From Gammaproteobacteria bacterium (GTDB lineage: Bacteria > Pseudomonadota > Gammaproteobacteria > Steroidobacterales > Foliamicaceae), in the NCBI GenBank assembly GCA_028821145.1, contig JAPPHC010000021.1, positions 366 to 64,365 of the forward strand: a stretch of DNA of 64,000 nucleotides. The letters are read 5' to 3'. The position numbers and the translations under genes were made by a program. Shown here piece by piece: positions 1 to 9,709 of this stretch; position 1 is the stretch's first letter; every line of letters starts with the position of its first letter. Under the pieces are notes generated by a model that searched no databases, had not been told where the DNA came from, and was given only the letters and a program-made list of their open reading frames with translations.

Positions 1-1946
1 GATATCCGCGCAACGAGGAAGCCGTGCGCGTCCGCGTCCACGTAGTTCATGTACGGATTCACCTCGGGATCCGACGCCTGCAGAACTTCCTCCGGACCTG
101 CTCCGCCGAACACGGCGTTGGCGGACGCGGCGCCGTGCAGCATCCAGGCGTTTAGTGAAGGCATGATCGCCTGCTCGTAGCCCTGCGCGTTGCCGTCGAA
201 GGTCACGAGCTTGCTGACTTCGGAATCGTGGGCGGACAGTTCCCTCTGGATGATCATCCGGCTGACCGCGCTGACCGCGCCTCCCGCGAACTCGGGCATT
301 ACGGCCACCGGTTCGTCGGCATCGAAGTCATCGCGGATAACGCCGGCCAGGTGCGCGTGGCGGTCGCCGGTCAGTGAAACGACATTGGTGATCCGTTCGT
401 CCCGGACAAAGGAGCAGATCTCCGTGCGTTCGACCGGGTAGCCGTCCCAGCCGTCGGTCCAGAGCAGGCCGTTTTTGTGGCCGCCTTCGCGAAAACTGTC
501 GTCGAAGCCATGGCGGATCAGGCCCACGTTCAAGCCCATCAGCTTCCACCTGGCGCCGCTGTTCTTCAGGCCGCTCTTCAACCAGTCCTTCTGCCGCCGG
601 CCAAGCATCGAGCCCATCGGCATGTCCTTGCGCGGGTTCGGCAAAGTCCTGCCGAGGTAAACCACTTCGTCCGGCGGATTGCCGCCGTTTGCGGTGCGGC
701 CCGCGTTCAGGGTACGGATCAGCAACGGATCCACCGGCGCTTCCGGATAGGGGTGCCGCCCGATCGACAGCAGCTCCTGGGACAGCCCGCGCGGTCCCCG
801 GTAGCTCCGGCCGTCGATCACGAACAGTTCCGCGAGATCACCCCATTTCAGCGAGCGATATATCGTCATCGAGTCGATCGCCGCGAGATTGTTGGGCTCA
901 TGGCTGAGATAGTGATCGTCAAAATCGCCCGCGGGCGTTGCGGTCACGTCAACCGGCGCGAAATCGCTCGCATGCGATGCCTGGCTGTCGCGGCCCCCGG
1001 CGCTCAGGGCCGCGGGGACGTATTCGAACCATGCCTGATTGGACGCGACCTTCAGTTCCGCGATGGACTGCTCCCGGTAGTAGCTCTGCCAGTAGTCGTT
1101 CAGCAGTTCATGGTCGTCCCAGATCTGCACGAACGGATACAGCGCCCTCGCCTCCTGCAGATCGGGGTCCGTCAGGTACCTCTTGTACAGCCAGCGATAG
1201 TCGTCCAGATCGACGGGCGCGATCCAGTTTCGCCCCGCCACTCGTCCGCCGGAAGGAAACGGCGCGCACCGGCGCACGCTCCCGTCGCGGTTCAAGAGTT
1301 TCAGGCGGTTGCCGTTGTGGTCCGGTTCCGCAATCGTGTCCGGTCCGCGGATCGATTCGTAGATGAAGTCGCCCACGTGCATCACAAAATCGATCCGGTC
1401 TTCGGGCCGCGCGGCGTTGTCGTCGAGAATCAGCCGTCGGTAAGCGGTGAAGTAGCCCTGTTCGTAGTCCTGGCAGGAAAAAACCGCGATGTTGAGCTGT
1501 CTTGTAGTTCCGACCGGCGCCGTCCGGGTCCTTCCCGTGCGGCTGGTTCCGCCGTCGGGGCCGATGAATCGGTAGTAGTAGAACCGGTCGGGCCCGAGGT
1601 CCGTGACCAGGACCCGGACCGTATGGTCCAGTTCGAGCAGTGCGGCAATTTCGGTCTCGGCGACAACGGAGTCAAATGACGGGTCCGTTGCGATCTGCGC
1701 GGTCAGACCGACGGCATCCGAACCCCCTTCCACCCGGGTCCAGATCACGACGGCGTCGGACTGGGGATCGGCCGAGGCAACGCCCTGCGGGAAAGAGAAC
1801 CGCGACGGCTGGCCGCCCGGCCTGGCGCAGCCGCCCAGCGCCCCGGGGGACGCGCCGACCACGAAGCAGCCGGCCGCGGCCGAGAAATACCGGAGCAGAT
1901 CGCGCCGCGAAATCACGGTTGCCGGTGCCGCTTGACTGGTCGACAC
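1..1946 (-). CDS. phoD: Alkaline phosphatase D (PhoD) family, Tat-exported; 3' end runs off the window
   Basis: Absent from the ORF track (no stop in window). Manual translation from GTG 1946: VSTSQAAPATVISRRDLLRYFSAAAGCF...FSFPQGVASADPQSDAVVIWTR, i.e. a twin-arginine signal plus the PhoD N-terminal F-x-x-GVASxDP...WTR motif. Confidence 0.85.
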   Translation of the reverse strand, partial: MSTSQAAPATVISRRDLLRYFSAAAGCFVVGASPGALGGCARPGGQPSRFSFPQGVASADPQSDAVVIWTRVEGGSDAVGLTAQIATDPSFDSVVAETEIAALLELDHTVRVLVTDLGPDRFYYYRFIGPDGGTSRTGRTRTAPVGTTRQLNIAVFSCQDYEQGYFTAYRRLILDDNAARPEDRIDFVMHVGDFIYESIRGPDTIAEPDHNGNRLKLLNRDGSVRRCAPFPSGGRVAGRNWIAPVDLDDYRWLYKRYLTDPDLQEARALYPFVQIWDDHELLNDYWQSYYREQSIAELKVASNQAWFEYVPAALSAGGRDSQASHASDFAPVDVTATPAGDFDDHYLSHEPNNLAAIDSMTIYRSLKWGDLAELFVIDGRSYRGPRGLSQELLSIGRHPYPEAPVDPLLIRTLNAGRTANGGNPPDEVVYLGRTLPNPRKDMPMGSMLGRRQKDWLKSGLKNSGARWKLMGLNVGLIRHGFDDSFREGGHKNGLLWTDGWDGYPVERTEICSFVRDERITNVVSLTGDRHAHLAGVIRDDFDADEPVAVMPEFAGGAVSAVSRMIIQRELSAHDSEVSKLVTFDGNAQGYEQAIMPSLNAWMLHGAASANAVFGGAGPEEVLQASDPEVNPYMNYVDADAHGFLVARI

Positions 1947-1953
1947 GGCGGGC

Positions 1954-4668
1954 TCAGGACCCATTCAGGTGGTCGCGTATCTGCCGAAGCAGGTTGACCT
2001 GGTGCGCCCGGTCCGCATCGTCGAACGTGGTCGCCAGGAACACCGCGACCAGATCGTGCTCCTGATTCACGTAGATCAACTGTCCGAGTCCGCCCGACGC
2101 AAGCAGTTCGCCCTCGGAGTTGTCCAGCACGCGGAACTGGTTATGGTAGAAGACCGCTGTTCCGAACCGGGCCAGTTCCTCTTCGTCGTTCATTGCCTGA
2201 CGAACGCCGTCATTGCCCGCGATCGTCCGCCGGATCCACGACCGGGGAACGATCTGCCGGCCGAGGAAATGCCCGTCGCCTTCGATCACGAGTCCGAGCC
2301 GGGCAAGATCGCGCAAGGCGGCGCCTATCCCGGCGCTTGCGAATCCATGACCGGCAGGATCGACAATGACGATGGCGTCGCGCTCGGCACCCAGCCTGGA
2401 CCAGAGCTTCTCCGCCAGGACCTCCTGCCAGTTGCGCCGGTAGGCGCGCGAGATCGACCAGGCGACGATCTCCGTATTCACAGGCGAGTAGAAGAAACTT
2501 CTGCCGTGTTCGCCATTCGCAGGAACCGTGGCGGCCAGCTCCAGCGTATTGCGATACGGAAATTCCTCGAAGCGGCGATGGAATCCTCCCGCCATGAAGT
2601 TGAGGAGCCGATAGGAACGCGGATCGTCCCAGCTCATCGGTGCCTCCACGCCCAACGCCATATCGAGGGCGTGCTGCAGACTGGCGTTCGCCACGCCGGC
2701 CCCCGCCAGTTCGGGCAAGACGTCGCCGAGAGGCCGCTCAAGGTCCAGGCGGCCTTCCGCCTGGGCGATTCCGGCGAGCAGCCCGACGAACGACTTGGAC
2801 ACCGAATTGAGTTGATGGCGCGCATCCGGCGCAAAGCCGTTGTAGTAGAGCTCGGCCAGGATCGCACCCTCACGGACCAGGATGAAGCCGTCCGTGCCGA
2901 TCGCGGCCAGGATCTCCTTCAGTGGCGCGGGTTCACCGTTTTTTCCGGCGAATGAAGCCGTCGCGAGCGTGCAGTCGCCATAGGGAAGTGCGCTGACGGG
3001 CCCTTCGCCGCGGCTGATGGGATCGACTCTCAGAATCTTCGACACGTTCTGGTGTGACCACAGCACCTGTTCGTAGTCCCGGGCCCAGGCGAGTCCGTCC
3101 GTAACGATCCGGTCCGGTGCGACCGGCACGCCCCGCATGTAGTGCGATCGGTTCGTGGGTTCGAGTCGTTCCGGCCCGCAAGTCGCGGCCTGCGGCTTGG
3201 TGGCGCTTCGATCCCGCCCTGAGCTTGCCTCCGCCTCGTGGGAGACGCATGAAGTCATCCTGACGCTTGGCGGCGACTCCTGTCGCCGACACTCCCACGA
3301 GGCGGAGGCAAGCTCAGGGCTTCCGGTGGCGTGGCGCCGTTCGAGCGATGCGTCGATTTGCCGGATCAGATCGACCTGAAAATTGCGCAACGGCCTGGAC
3401 GGGGTCACCGCCAGAAACACGGCGACGACATTCGACTCCATGTTCACGTAGATGCGTTGCCCCATGTGCCCCTGGGCGACGAACTCGCCGCGCTCGCCGT
3501 TCAGCACCCTGAAATGGTTGCGGTAGAAGGCGACGTGGGGCCGCTTCGCCGCTTCCTCGGAAGCCTGCCAGGCGGCCAGCGCCCCGGCGTCGCCCGCGCG
3601 CACGTCAAGCAACCAGTCCGCGGGCAGGATCTGCTCGCCGTTCAAACGGCCTTCCTGCTCCAGCATCAGGCCGAAGCGCGCGAAATCGCGAAGCGTGGCG
3701 CTGAATCCGGCCGTGGCGAAACCGTGCCCTCCGGGGTCGACCGTGATCAGAGCGTCATGCTCGGCGCCCAGCCTGGACCAGATGCGCTCGGCGAACGCCT
3801 CCTGCCAGTTCCTTCCTTCCAGCCTCGAGATGATCCAGCCGAGCGTTTCGGTGTTGCCCGGGTTGTACAGGCCGGCTTCGCCATGCCTTCCGGCCTTCTC
3901 CACCGACTGCAGAAACTCGAGCGTGTTCGGATAAGGAAAATCGGCGGGCCGCGACTGAAAACCACCGGCTTTGGAATTGAGATCCACCTGTGAGGTGGGA
4001 TCCGCCCGGTCGTGATTCCAGACCACGTTCGTGGTCATATCCAGTACCTGGCGAATGGTCGCGTCGCCGTAACCGGAACCCGCCAGTTCCGGCAGGTAAT
4101 GCGCGACCGTCTGGGCCAGGTCCACGCGGCCTTCGTGAACCAGGATGCCCATCAGCGAGCCCACCAGCGACTTGGTGACCGAGAACCCGATGTGGCGGCG
4201 GGTCGGCCCGAAACCGTTGAAGTAGACCTCGGTCTGCACGACGCCGTCTTTCAGAAGAATGAACCCGTCGATTCCCATGCCCTTGAGAATCTGCTGCAGC
4301 GGCGCGCGGTTCGAATCCGGCGCCGTGAACGACTGCTGCAGCAGACCGGTCCATTCGTAGGCCAGCGGTAGAACCGGCCCGGTGCCCCGGCTGACAAATT
4401 CCGTCGGCAGGATCTTGCTTATGTTCTGGAAGGACCACTTGCCCTTTTCCGGGTCGAGCGCCCAGGAGTGATCGCTGTCAATGAGCCCGTCGGGCGGCGG
4501 CGGAAATCCGCGCATGTAATCCGTCTGGTACTCGCGCTCGACGATCACGTACGGCGGATCGCCAGGCGGGTCTTCCCGAGGGACTTCGCAAGAGGCCAGC
4601 GGCAAGGCCGCGCCGATCAGCAAGGCGATCCCGGCGCCGACGCTCTTGCCGTATGTGTCAGGCCGCAT
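1954..4668 (-). CDS. Tandem two-domain serine hydrolase, beta-lactamase class C / NylB-like, probable lipoprotein
   Basis: 904 aa; lipobox-like LPLASC; two homologous domains, each with YMRG-P-P, SxxK (FSVTKS; NSVSKS), Y-x-x-x-NTE and IWSRLGAE/LWSRLGAE motifs. Confidence 0.85.
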   Translation of the reverse strand: MRPDTYGKSVGAGIALLIGAALPLASCEVPREDPPGDPPYVIVEREYQTDYMRGFPPPPDGLIDSDHSWALDPEKGKWSFQNISKILPTEFVSRGTGPVLPLAYEWTGLLQQSFTAPDSNRAPLQQILKGMGIDGFILLKDGVVQTEVYFNGFGPTRRHIGFSVTKSLVGSLMGILVHEGRVDLAQTVAHYLPELAGSGYGDATIRQVLDMTTNVVWNHDRADPTSQVDLNSKAGGFQSRPADFPYPNTLEFLQSVEKAGRHGEAGLYNPGNTETLGWIISRLEGRNWQEAFAERIWSRLGAEHDALITVDPGGHGFATAGFSATLRDFARFGLMLEQEGRLNGEQILPADWLLDVRAGDAGALAAWQASEEAAKRPHVAFYRNHFRVLNGERGEFVAQGHMGQRIYVNMESNVVAVFLAVTPSRPLRNFQVDLIRQIDASLERRHATGSPELASASWECRRQESPPSVRMTSCVSHEAEASSGRDRSATKPQAATCGPERLEPTNRSHYMRGVPVAPDRIVTDGLAWARDYEQVLWSHQNVSKILRVDPISRGEGPVSALPYGDCTLATASFAGKNGEPAPLKEILAAIGTDGFILVREGAILAELYYNGFAPDARHQLNSVSKSFVGLLAGIAQAEGRLDLERPLGDVLPELAGAGVANASLQHALDMALGVEAPMSWDDPRSYRLLNFMAGGFHRRFEEFPYRNTLELAATVPANGEHGRSFFYSPVNTEIVAWSISRAYRRNWQEVLAEKLWSRLGAERDAIVIVDPAGHGFASAGIGAALRDLARLGLVIEGDGHFLGRQIVPRSWIRRTIAGNDGVRQAMNDEEELARFGTAVFYHNQFRVLDNSEGELLASGGLGQLIYVNQEHDLVAVFLATTFDDADRAHQVNLLRQIRDHLNGS
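3216..3320 (-). repeat. Palindromic element copy 1 (type A core), inside the hydrolase interdomain linker
   Basis: Perfect 29-bp inverted arms GCCCTGAGCTTGCCTCCGCCTCGTGGGAG (3216-3244 / 3292-3320); 47-nt core, on the minus strand TGTCGGCGACAGGAGTCGCCGCCAAGCGTCAGGATGACTTCATGCGT. Confidence 0.9.
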
Positions 4669-4701
4669 TGTCCTGGTGCCGTGTCACGGCTGCATTGTCG
4701 C

Positions 4702-4741
4702 AAAAAAAGCGGGTACGGCGACCTTGCATCGCCGTACCCGC
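4702..4741 (-). terminator. Rho-independent terminator of the TonB receptor gene
   Basis: 13-bp stem GCGGGTACGGCGA/TCGCCGTACCCGC followed by T7 on the minus strand, 17 nt past the stop. Confidence 0.85.
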
Positions 4742-4758
4742 CGTTTACGAATGTAGCC

Positions 4759-7020
4759 TCAGAATGCGGCGGTGGCCCGCAGTCCCCACTCCGCCGGTCT
4801 GCCGCGTTGGCGCCAGTTGGCGCCCACGACCCGGCTGTTCACGAACCCGTTCATCGCGTACACCTCGTCGGTCACGTTGCGGCCGAAGGCCGTGAGCGAC
4901 CAACGCTCGAATTCGTAGGTGGCGCTCACATTCAATAGACCGTAGGAATCCTCTCCATCGCGCTCATCGACTGCGCCGGTTGCGTCCCACAGCAATTCGT
5001 CACGCCAGGAGTAGTCCGCCCTGAGTCGCAACTCGCGGCCGTTCGCCAGCGGAGCGGAATAAACCGCCGACAGCGAATACGAGAGCTCCGGGGCGAACGG
5101 CAGCGCTTCGCCCGCAACCAGAAGAACGTCATCGCGAACTTCGTCGATCACGTCCTCGTTGTACTTCGTGTCGAGGAATGCGACGCTTGCCTGGATGACG
5201 AATCTGTCGCTCGCGAGCGCCGTAAGCTCGGCCTCCAGTCCGCTGGCCTCGGCGCTGCCGGCGTTGAAGAACGTGCGGACCTGGGATCCGGTGTTCTCAT
5301 CGAAGAGAGTGGTGCGGACCTGGAGGTCCTCGTAATCCATGAAGAAGGCCGCCAGATTGGCCCGAACCCGGCCGTCCGCCCAATCCGCCTTGAGACCCAC
5401 TTCGTACGACCAGAGCGTCTCTTCGTTGAACGGCAGCAGCAAACTGTTGCCTTCGCTGTCTTCCAGCACGTCGTCACCGATGCCTCCGGACTTGAACGCT
5501 TGCGCAGCCGTGAAATACATCATGGCCGCGTCGTTGAGGTCGTATTCCAGCGAAACCCGGGGGGAGGTGTTGGACCAGTCGCCCTTTGCCGATGCGCTGG
5601 CGGTTGACGGCCTCGTGCTGCGCCCGCGGGTCTCCGAGCTGAATTGCGACTTCTCCTCGTTCATGTAACGAAGGCCGAGCGTTGCCCGCGCCCGTTCGGT
5701 CAGGGAATAAGTGCCGCTGGCGTAGAAGGCGTAGCTGTCCAGATCCTGCTCAATCCGGTTCCCGGTGTTGTAGTCCCGAATGCGTGGCACAACCCCGACG
5801 AATGGAATGGCCGAATTGGAGTTGCCGGCCGCCGCATTGAATTCCAGCTCGTCGCGCAGGTAGTAGACGCCGGCCGTCAGGTTCAGCCGGTCCTCCATGT
5901 AAACGCCGTTCAGCTGAAGTTCCTGGCTGAACGCCTTGCCGTCCAGCCAGCGCCGGTTGTTCGACACCTCCAGGACCGATCCATCGGCGTCGAAGCCATC
6001 CGACGTTTCGTAGGTCTTGTACGAGGTAAGCGCAACGAGCGATGTCGCACCGAACTCAAATTCCAGCCGGCTGGAGAGGGTTTCCTGGTTGGTCTTGTTG
6101 CGGGCCAGCGGGTCGGTGGCATTCGAACGGAATGGGTCGGTGGCAATGAATGACTCGTCGTAGCGGGGCCCCGGAATATGACCCCCGTCCACCAGCGCGT
6201 TGTATTGCGCCGGGAGCCGCGCGCGCGGGTTGACCCAGAGGTGGAAAATCGGAGACCCGTTGGAGTCCGTGCGCATCTGGTCGGCGCTCAGCAACCAGGT
6301 CGCCGTATCCGAGAGGTTCCAGAGTGCGGTGAGGCGAAAGCCCGTATTCTCCTGACTTCCGAAGTCCTGGTCGTTCGGTGTTTCCACGTAGCCGTCGGCA
6401 TTTCGCGAAGCGGCCGACAACTGCAGCGCCAACTGATCCTGTATCAGCGGAATATTCACCGAAGCCCTGGCATCGATTCGGTTGAAACTGCCGACGACAG
6501 CCGACACTTCACCGCCTGTTTCGGCCGTGCTCGGACGCCTTGAGATCACGTTGATCGCGCCGCCCAGCGCGTTCTTGCCGTACAGCGTCCCTTGCGGTCC
6601 CCGCAATACTTCTATGCGCTCGACGTCGAGCAAGTCGAACAGGCCGCCCCAGACGTTGGTCCGGTAGATTCCGTCCACATAGGTGCCAACGCCCTGGTCA
6701 AGATTGACTCGGTTCGATGTCTGCCCGATTCCCCGGATAAACACGATCGCGTTCTGCGCGCCGGTGCCCGACGTTCCGATGTGCAGGTTGGGCGTTGACT
6801 CCGCGATGCTGAACAGGTTGCTGATCGTACGATCCGCGAGTTCCGCGCTCGTGAATGCCGTTACGGCGACAGGAACATCCTGAAGGCTTTGCTCGCGTTT
6901 CTGGGCCGTGACGATGATCTCTTCAAGCTCCGCCTGAGCCGATGCGGTCTGCATCGCGGCCAATCCCAGGAGCAAGACGCCAACGGTTCCGAACAGCTTG
7001 GATTCCGTCGAATGACGCAT
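4759..7020 (-). CDS. TonB-dependent receptor
   Basis: Signal peptide, TonB box LEEIIVTAQKRE, plug motif ERIEVLRGPQGTLYGKNALGGAINV, C-terminal Phe. Confidence 0.95.
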   Translation of the reverse strand: MRHSTESKLFGTVGVLLLGLAAMQTASAQAELEEIIVTAQKREQSLQDVPVAVTAFTSAELADRTISNLFSIAESTPNLHIGTSGTGAQNAIVFIRGIGQTSNRVNLDQGVGTYVDGIYRTNVWGGLFDLLDVERIEVLRGPQGTLYGKNALGGAINVISRRPSTAETGGEVSAVVGSFNRIDARASVNIPLIQDQLALQLSAASRNADGYVETPNDQDFGSQENTGFRLTALWNLSDTATWLLSADQMRTDSNGSPIFHLWVNPRARLPAQYNALVDGGHIPGPRYDESFIATDPFRSNATDPLARNKTNQETLSSRLEFEFGATSLVALTSYKTYETSDGFDADGSVLEVSNNRRWLDGKAFSQELQLNGVYMEDRLNLTAGVYYLRDELEFNAAAGNSNSAIPFVGVVPRIRDYNTGNRIEQDLDSYAFYASGTYSLTERARATLGLRYMNEEKSQFSSETRGRSTRPSTASASAKGDWSNTSPRVSLEYDLNDAAMMYFTAAQAFKSGGIGDDVLEDSEGNSLLLPFNEETLWSYEVGLKADWADGRVRANLAAFFMDYEDLQVRTTLFDENTGSQVRTFFNAGSAEASGLEAELTALASDRFVIQASVAFLDTKYNEDVIDEVRDDVLLVAGEALPFAPELSYSLSAVYSAPLANGRELRLRADYSWRDELLWDATGAVDERDGEDSYGLLNVSATYEFERWSLTAFGRNVTDEVYAMNGFVNSRVVGANWRQRGRPAEWGLRATAAF

Positions 7021-7041
7021 GATTTTGTCCCCAATAGCGTT

Positions 7042-7067
7042 TTGGATTATTCTAATGCAAAATCCAA
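7042..7067. promoter_or_regulatory. Candidate operator in the AT-rich divergent TBDR/GntR promoter
   Basis: TTGGATT-N12-AATCCAA inverted repeat. Confidence 0.4.
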
Positions 7068-7155
7068 TCCTTACACAATAGAAGCGAATTGGTACACTGA
7101 ACTTTGTATTATCTTGCCAATCGGCTCAATTCATGAATGGTGCTAGTATTCCGGC

Positions 7156-8070
7156 ATGGCTGAACTGAGAAACGGGGACCTAGCGCGCAGGACGGCGCAC
7201 GAGATTCTGGTCATGATCCAATCCGGCGACATCAAGCCGGGCGACCACCTCCGATCACAGTTGCTGGCGGACAAATTCGGCGTTTCCCGGTCGCCCGTGC
7301 GCGACGCCATGCACCTGCTGTCCGACAAGGGCGTTCTCGAACAGCGCAGGAACCGCGGCTTTTTCGCGACCGATAAAGGACCAGGCCGGATAGCGAAACT
7401 GGTGCAGGCTTCTTCGCAGAACCTTGAAGACCAGGATGTCTATCGACGGATCGCCGAGGACTGGCTGACCGACGCGATCGACGAAGAAGTCACGGAGCTT
7501 TTCCTGCAAACGCGCTACGACCTGACCAAGGCGGAGTTGAAGGACATCCTGCTTCGCGCCACGCGGGAAGGCTGGGCGGAACGCAAGAAGGGATACGGTT
7601 GGCGGTTCCTTCCGGTAGCGAAGACGCCGGAGGCGTTCGAGCAGATCTATCGCCTTCGCATGACGATCGAACCCGCCGCGATCCTCGAGCCCACTTTTAC
7701 CCCCGACCGAAAACGATTGACGGAACTGCGCGACGACCAGCAACGACTATTGGATACCGACGTCGAGAAGCTGCGCCTGGAACGCCTTCTGAACACCGGT
7801 TCCGACTTTCACGAAAGTCTCATTCAGCTGTCCGGCAACCCCTTCTTCCACATGTCGCTGGTCCGGGCCAATCGCATGCGCCGACTTCTCGAGTACCGGG
7901 CGAAACTGGACGCGGACAGGCTCTATTCGCAGTGCAGGCAGCACATCGAGATCATTGACCTGTTGGCCGCGGGCGAACTCATCGAAGCGTCCTATGCGCT
8001 GAAGAAGCACCTGCAGGGAGCGCTGGCCAAGAAGACGCGGTCGAGCAGACCGGACCTGGTCGACTTCTAG
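7156..8070 (+). CDS. GntR (FCD) family transcriptional regulator with an extra wHTH-like segment
   Basis: N-terminal wHTH LADKFGVSRSPVRDAM; second wHTH-like block ending ERKKGYGW; FCD domain (IYRLRMTIEP...FHESL..SGN). Confidence 0.85.
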   Translation: MAELRNGDLARRTAHEILVMIQSGDIKPGDHLRSQLLADKFGVSRSPVRDAMHLLSDKGVLEQRRNRGFFATDKGPGRIAKLVQASSQNLEDQDVYRRIAEDWLTDAIDEEVTELFLQTRYDLTKAELKDILLRATREGWAERKKGYGWRFLPVAKTPEAFEQIYRLRMTIEPAAILEPTFTPDRKRLTELRDDQQRLLDTDVEKLRLERLLNTGSDFHESLIQLSGNPFFHMSLVRANRMRRLLEYRAKLDADRLYSQCRQHIEIIDLLAAGELIEASYALKKHLQGALAKKTRSSRPDLVDF

Positions 8071-8088
8071 CGGGAAACGCCGGCTAAA

Positions 8089-8187
8089 GCCCTTCGTTTG
8101 TCCCCCTCCTCGTGGGAGCGTTGGAGCAGGACAGCGAGAATCGAGCCAGGATGGCGCCTCCAACGAGGAGGGGGACGAACGAAGGGC
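8089..8187 (+). repeat. Palindromic element copy 2 (type B core), between convergent GntR and tctA
   Basis: 30-bp arms 8089-8118 / 8158-8187 (2 mismatches); core CGTTGGAGCAGGACAGCGAGAATCGAGCCAGGATGGCGC. Confidence 0.9.
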
Positions 8188-8194
8188 GGAAGGG

Positions 8195-9697
8195 TTAGCG
8201 GCGGAGTGCGCGTAGCCGGACCAGGGCGGCCGCCGCGAAGATCGCTGCCACTACCGCGGTCAACGCCAGCGAGATCGGCCGGGTGATGAAGATCCGCAGG
8301 CTCCCGTCTCCGATCAGCAGAGACTGCAGGAAAGCGTTCTCCGCCATGCCTCCCAGCACGACGGCAAGAACCGTCGCAGCCGGGGAATAACCGAACCGCT
8401 TCATGCCGAAACCAAGCAGGCCCGTCGCGAGCAGGATCCACGTTTCGATCATGCTGGAATGAAGCGCGAACGTCCCGACAATGCACAGCGTCACGATCAC
8501 CGGCACGACCAGGCGATAGGGCACGTCGAGAAACTTGATGAACAGCGGAATGGCCACCACGCTCATCACTACCAGCATCAGGTTGCCCAGGTACATGCTG
8601 CCGATCAGACCCCAGACGAAGTCCGGGTTGTCGACGATGAGCATCGGTCCCGGCTGCAGGCCCCACATCAGCAGCGCGCCGAGCAGGACCGCCGTCGCCC
8701 CCGAGCCCGGGATTCCGAGAGAAATCAGCGGCACCATTGCCCCGGCGGAGGCCGCATTGTTGGCCGCTTCGGGAGCCACCAGGCCGCGGATGTCGCCCTT
8801 GCCGAATTCCCCGGGGTCCCTGGCCACTCTCTTCTCGACCGAATAGGCGAGAATCGAACCTATCGTGGCACCGGAGCCCGGCAGCACACCTGCGATGAAA
8901 CCGATCAAGGATCCGCGCGCGAACGTGAAGCGCGAAATCCGGAAGTCCCCGGCCCGCGGCCAGAACGCCCTGGAAAAAATGGTCACGCTGATGCGTTTCG
9001 CCGCCTTTTTGTGTTCGCCGGTGTAGATGCAGTTCAGGAGTTCTCCGATCCCGAACAGCCCGATGGCAACCGGAACGAAATAGATGCCGTCTATCAGTTC
9101 CGGCGATCCGAACGTGAACCGCTGCGCGCCGCTGATGACGTCCACGCCGACGGTTGATATGGCGAACCCAAAAAGCGCGGAGATGATGCCCTTGAGCAGG
9201 CTGTCGCCCATCAGCGTAGCCAGCAGCAGCAGCCCCAGGAAAACAATGAGGAAGTACTCCGAAGGGCCGAATGACGCGGCGAAACTCGAGAGCGCGGGCG
9301 CGAACGCGCAAATCAGGACGACGCCGACCGCGCCCCCGACAAAAGAGGCAACCGCCTGCATCACGAGCGCCGGCCCGGCCCGGCCGGCCTGGGTCATGGG
9401 ATAACCGTCGAGCGTCGAAGCCACGGTGGCGGACTCGCCCGGGGTGTTGATCAGAATCGAAGTGATGGTCCCGCCGTACATGGCCCCGTAGTAGATGCCG
9501 GCCAGCAGGATGATCCCCGTCGTGGGTTCCAGCCCCAGGGTCATCGGTATCAGGATCGCGATTCCCGCGGCAGGCCCGAATCCGGGAAACAGGCCGACCA
9601 GCATTCCCACGCACACGCCCACAACGAGGAAGACCAGGTTCTCGAGCGACAAGGCCAGAGCGAGGCCCGACGCAAGATTGGCAAAGAGGTCTTCCAT
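8195..9697 (-). CDS. tctA: Tripartite tricarboxylate transporter large permease
   Basis: Motifs GIYYGAMYGG, NTPGE...STLDGYPM, APEAANNA, LGIPGS. Confidence 0.95.
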   Translation of the reverse strand: MEDLFANLASGLALALSLENLVFLVVGVCVGMLVGLFPGFGPAAGIAILIPMTLGLEPTTGIILLAGIYYGAMYGGTITSILINTPGESATVASTLDGYPMTQAGRAGPALVMQAVASFVGGAVGVVLICAFAPALSSFAASFGPSEYFLIVFLGLLLLATLMGDSLLKGIISALFGFAISTVGVDVISGAQRFTFGSPELIDGIYFVPVAIGLFGIGELLNCIYTGEHKKAAKRISVTIFSRAFWPRAGDFRISRFTFARGSLIGFIAGVLPGSGATIGSILAYSVEKRVARDPGEFGKGDIRGLVAPEAANNAASAGAMVPLISLGIPGSGATAVLLGALLMWGLQPGPMLIVDNPDFVWGLIGSMYLGNLMLVVMSVVAIPLFIKFLDVPYRLVVPVIVTLCIVGTFALHSSMIETWILLATGLLGFGMKRFGYSPAATVLAVVLGGMAENAFLQSLLIGDGSLRIFITRPISLALTAVVAAIFAAAALVRLRALRR

Positions 9698-9709
9698 TCG
9701 TGTCGTGCC

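Noticed and set aside
477-1679. 400-aa plus-strand ORF
   Set aside because: Antisense to phoD, which the ORF track missed because it runs off the edge.
1954-4668. Beta-lactam resistance gene
   Set aside because: Motifs fit NylB/esterase-like members rather than true AmpC (no YxN/KTG set).
8089-8187. Palindromic elements read as simple terminators, tRNAs or CRISPR repeats
   Set aside because: 30-bp stems with multibranch cores, no U-tract, no tRNA T/D loops, no repeat-spacer array and no cas genes.
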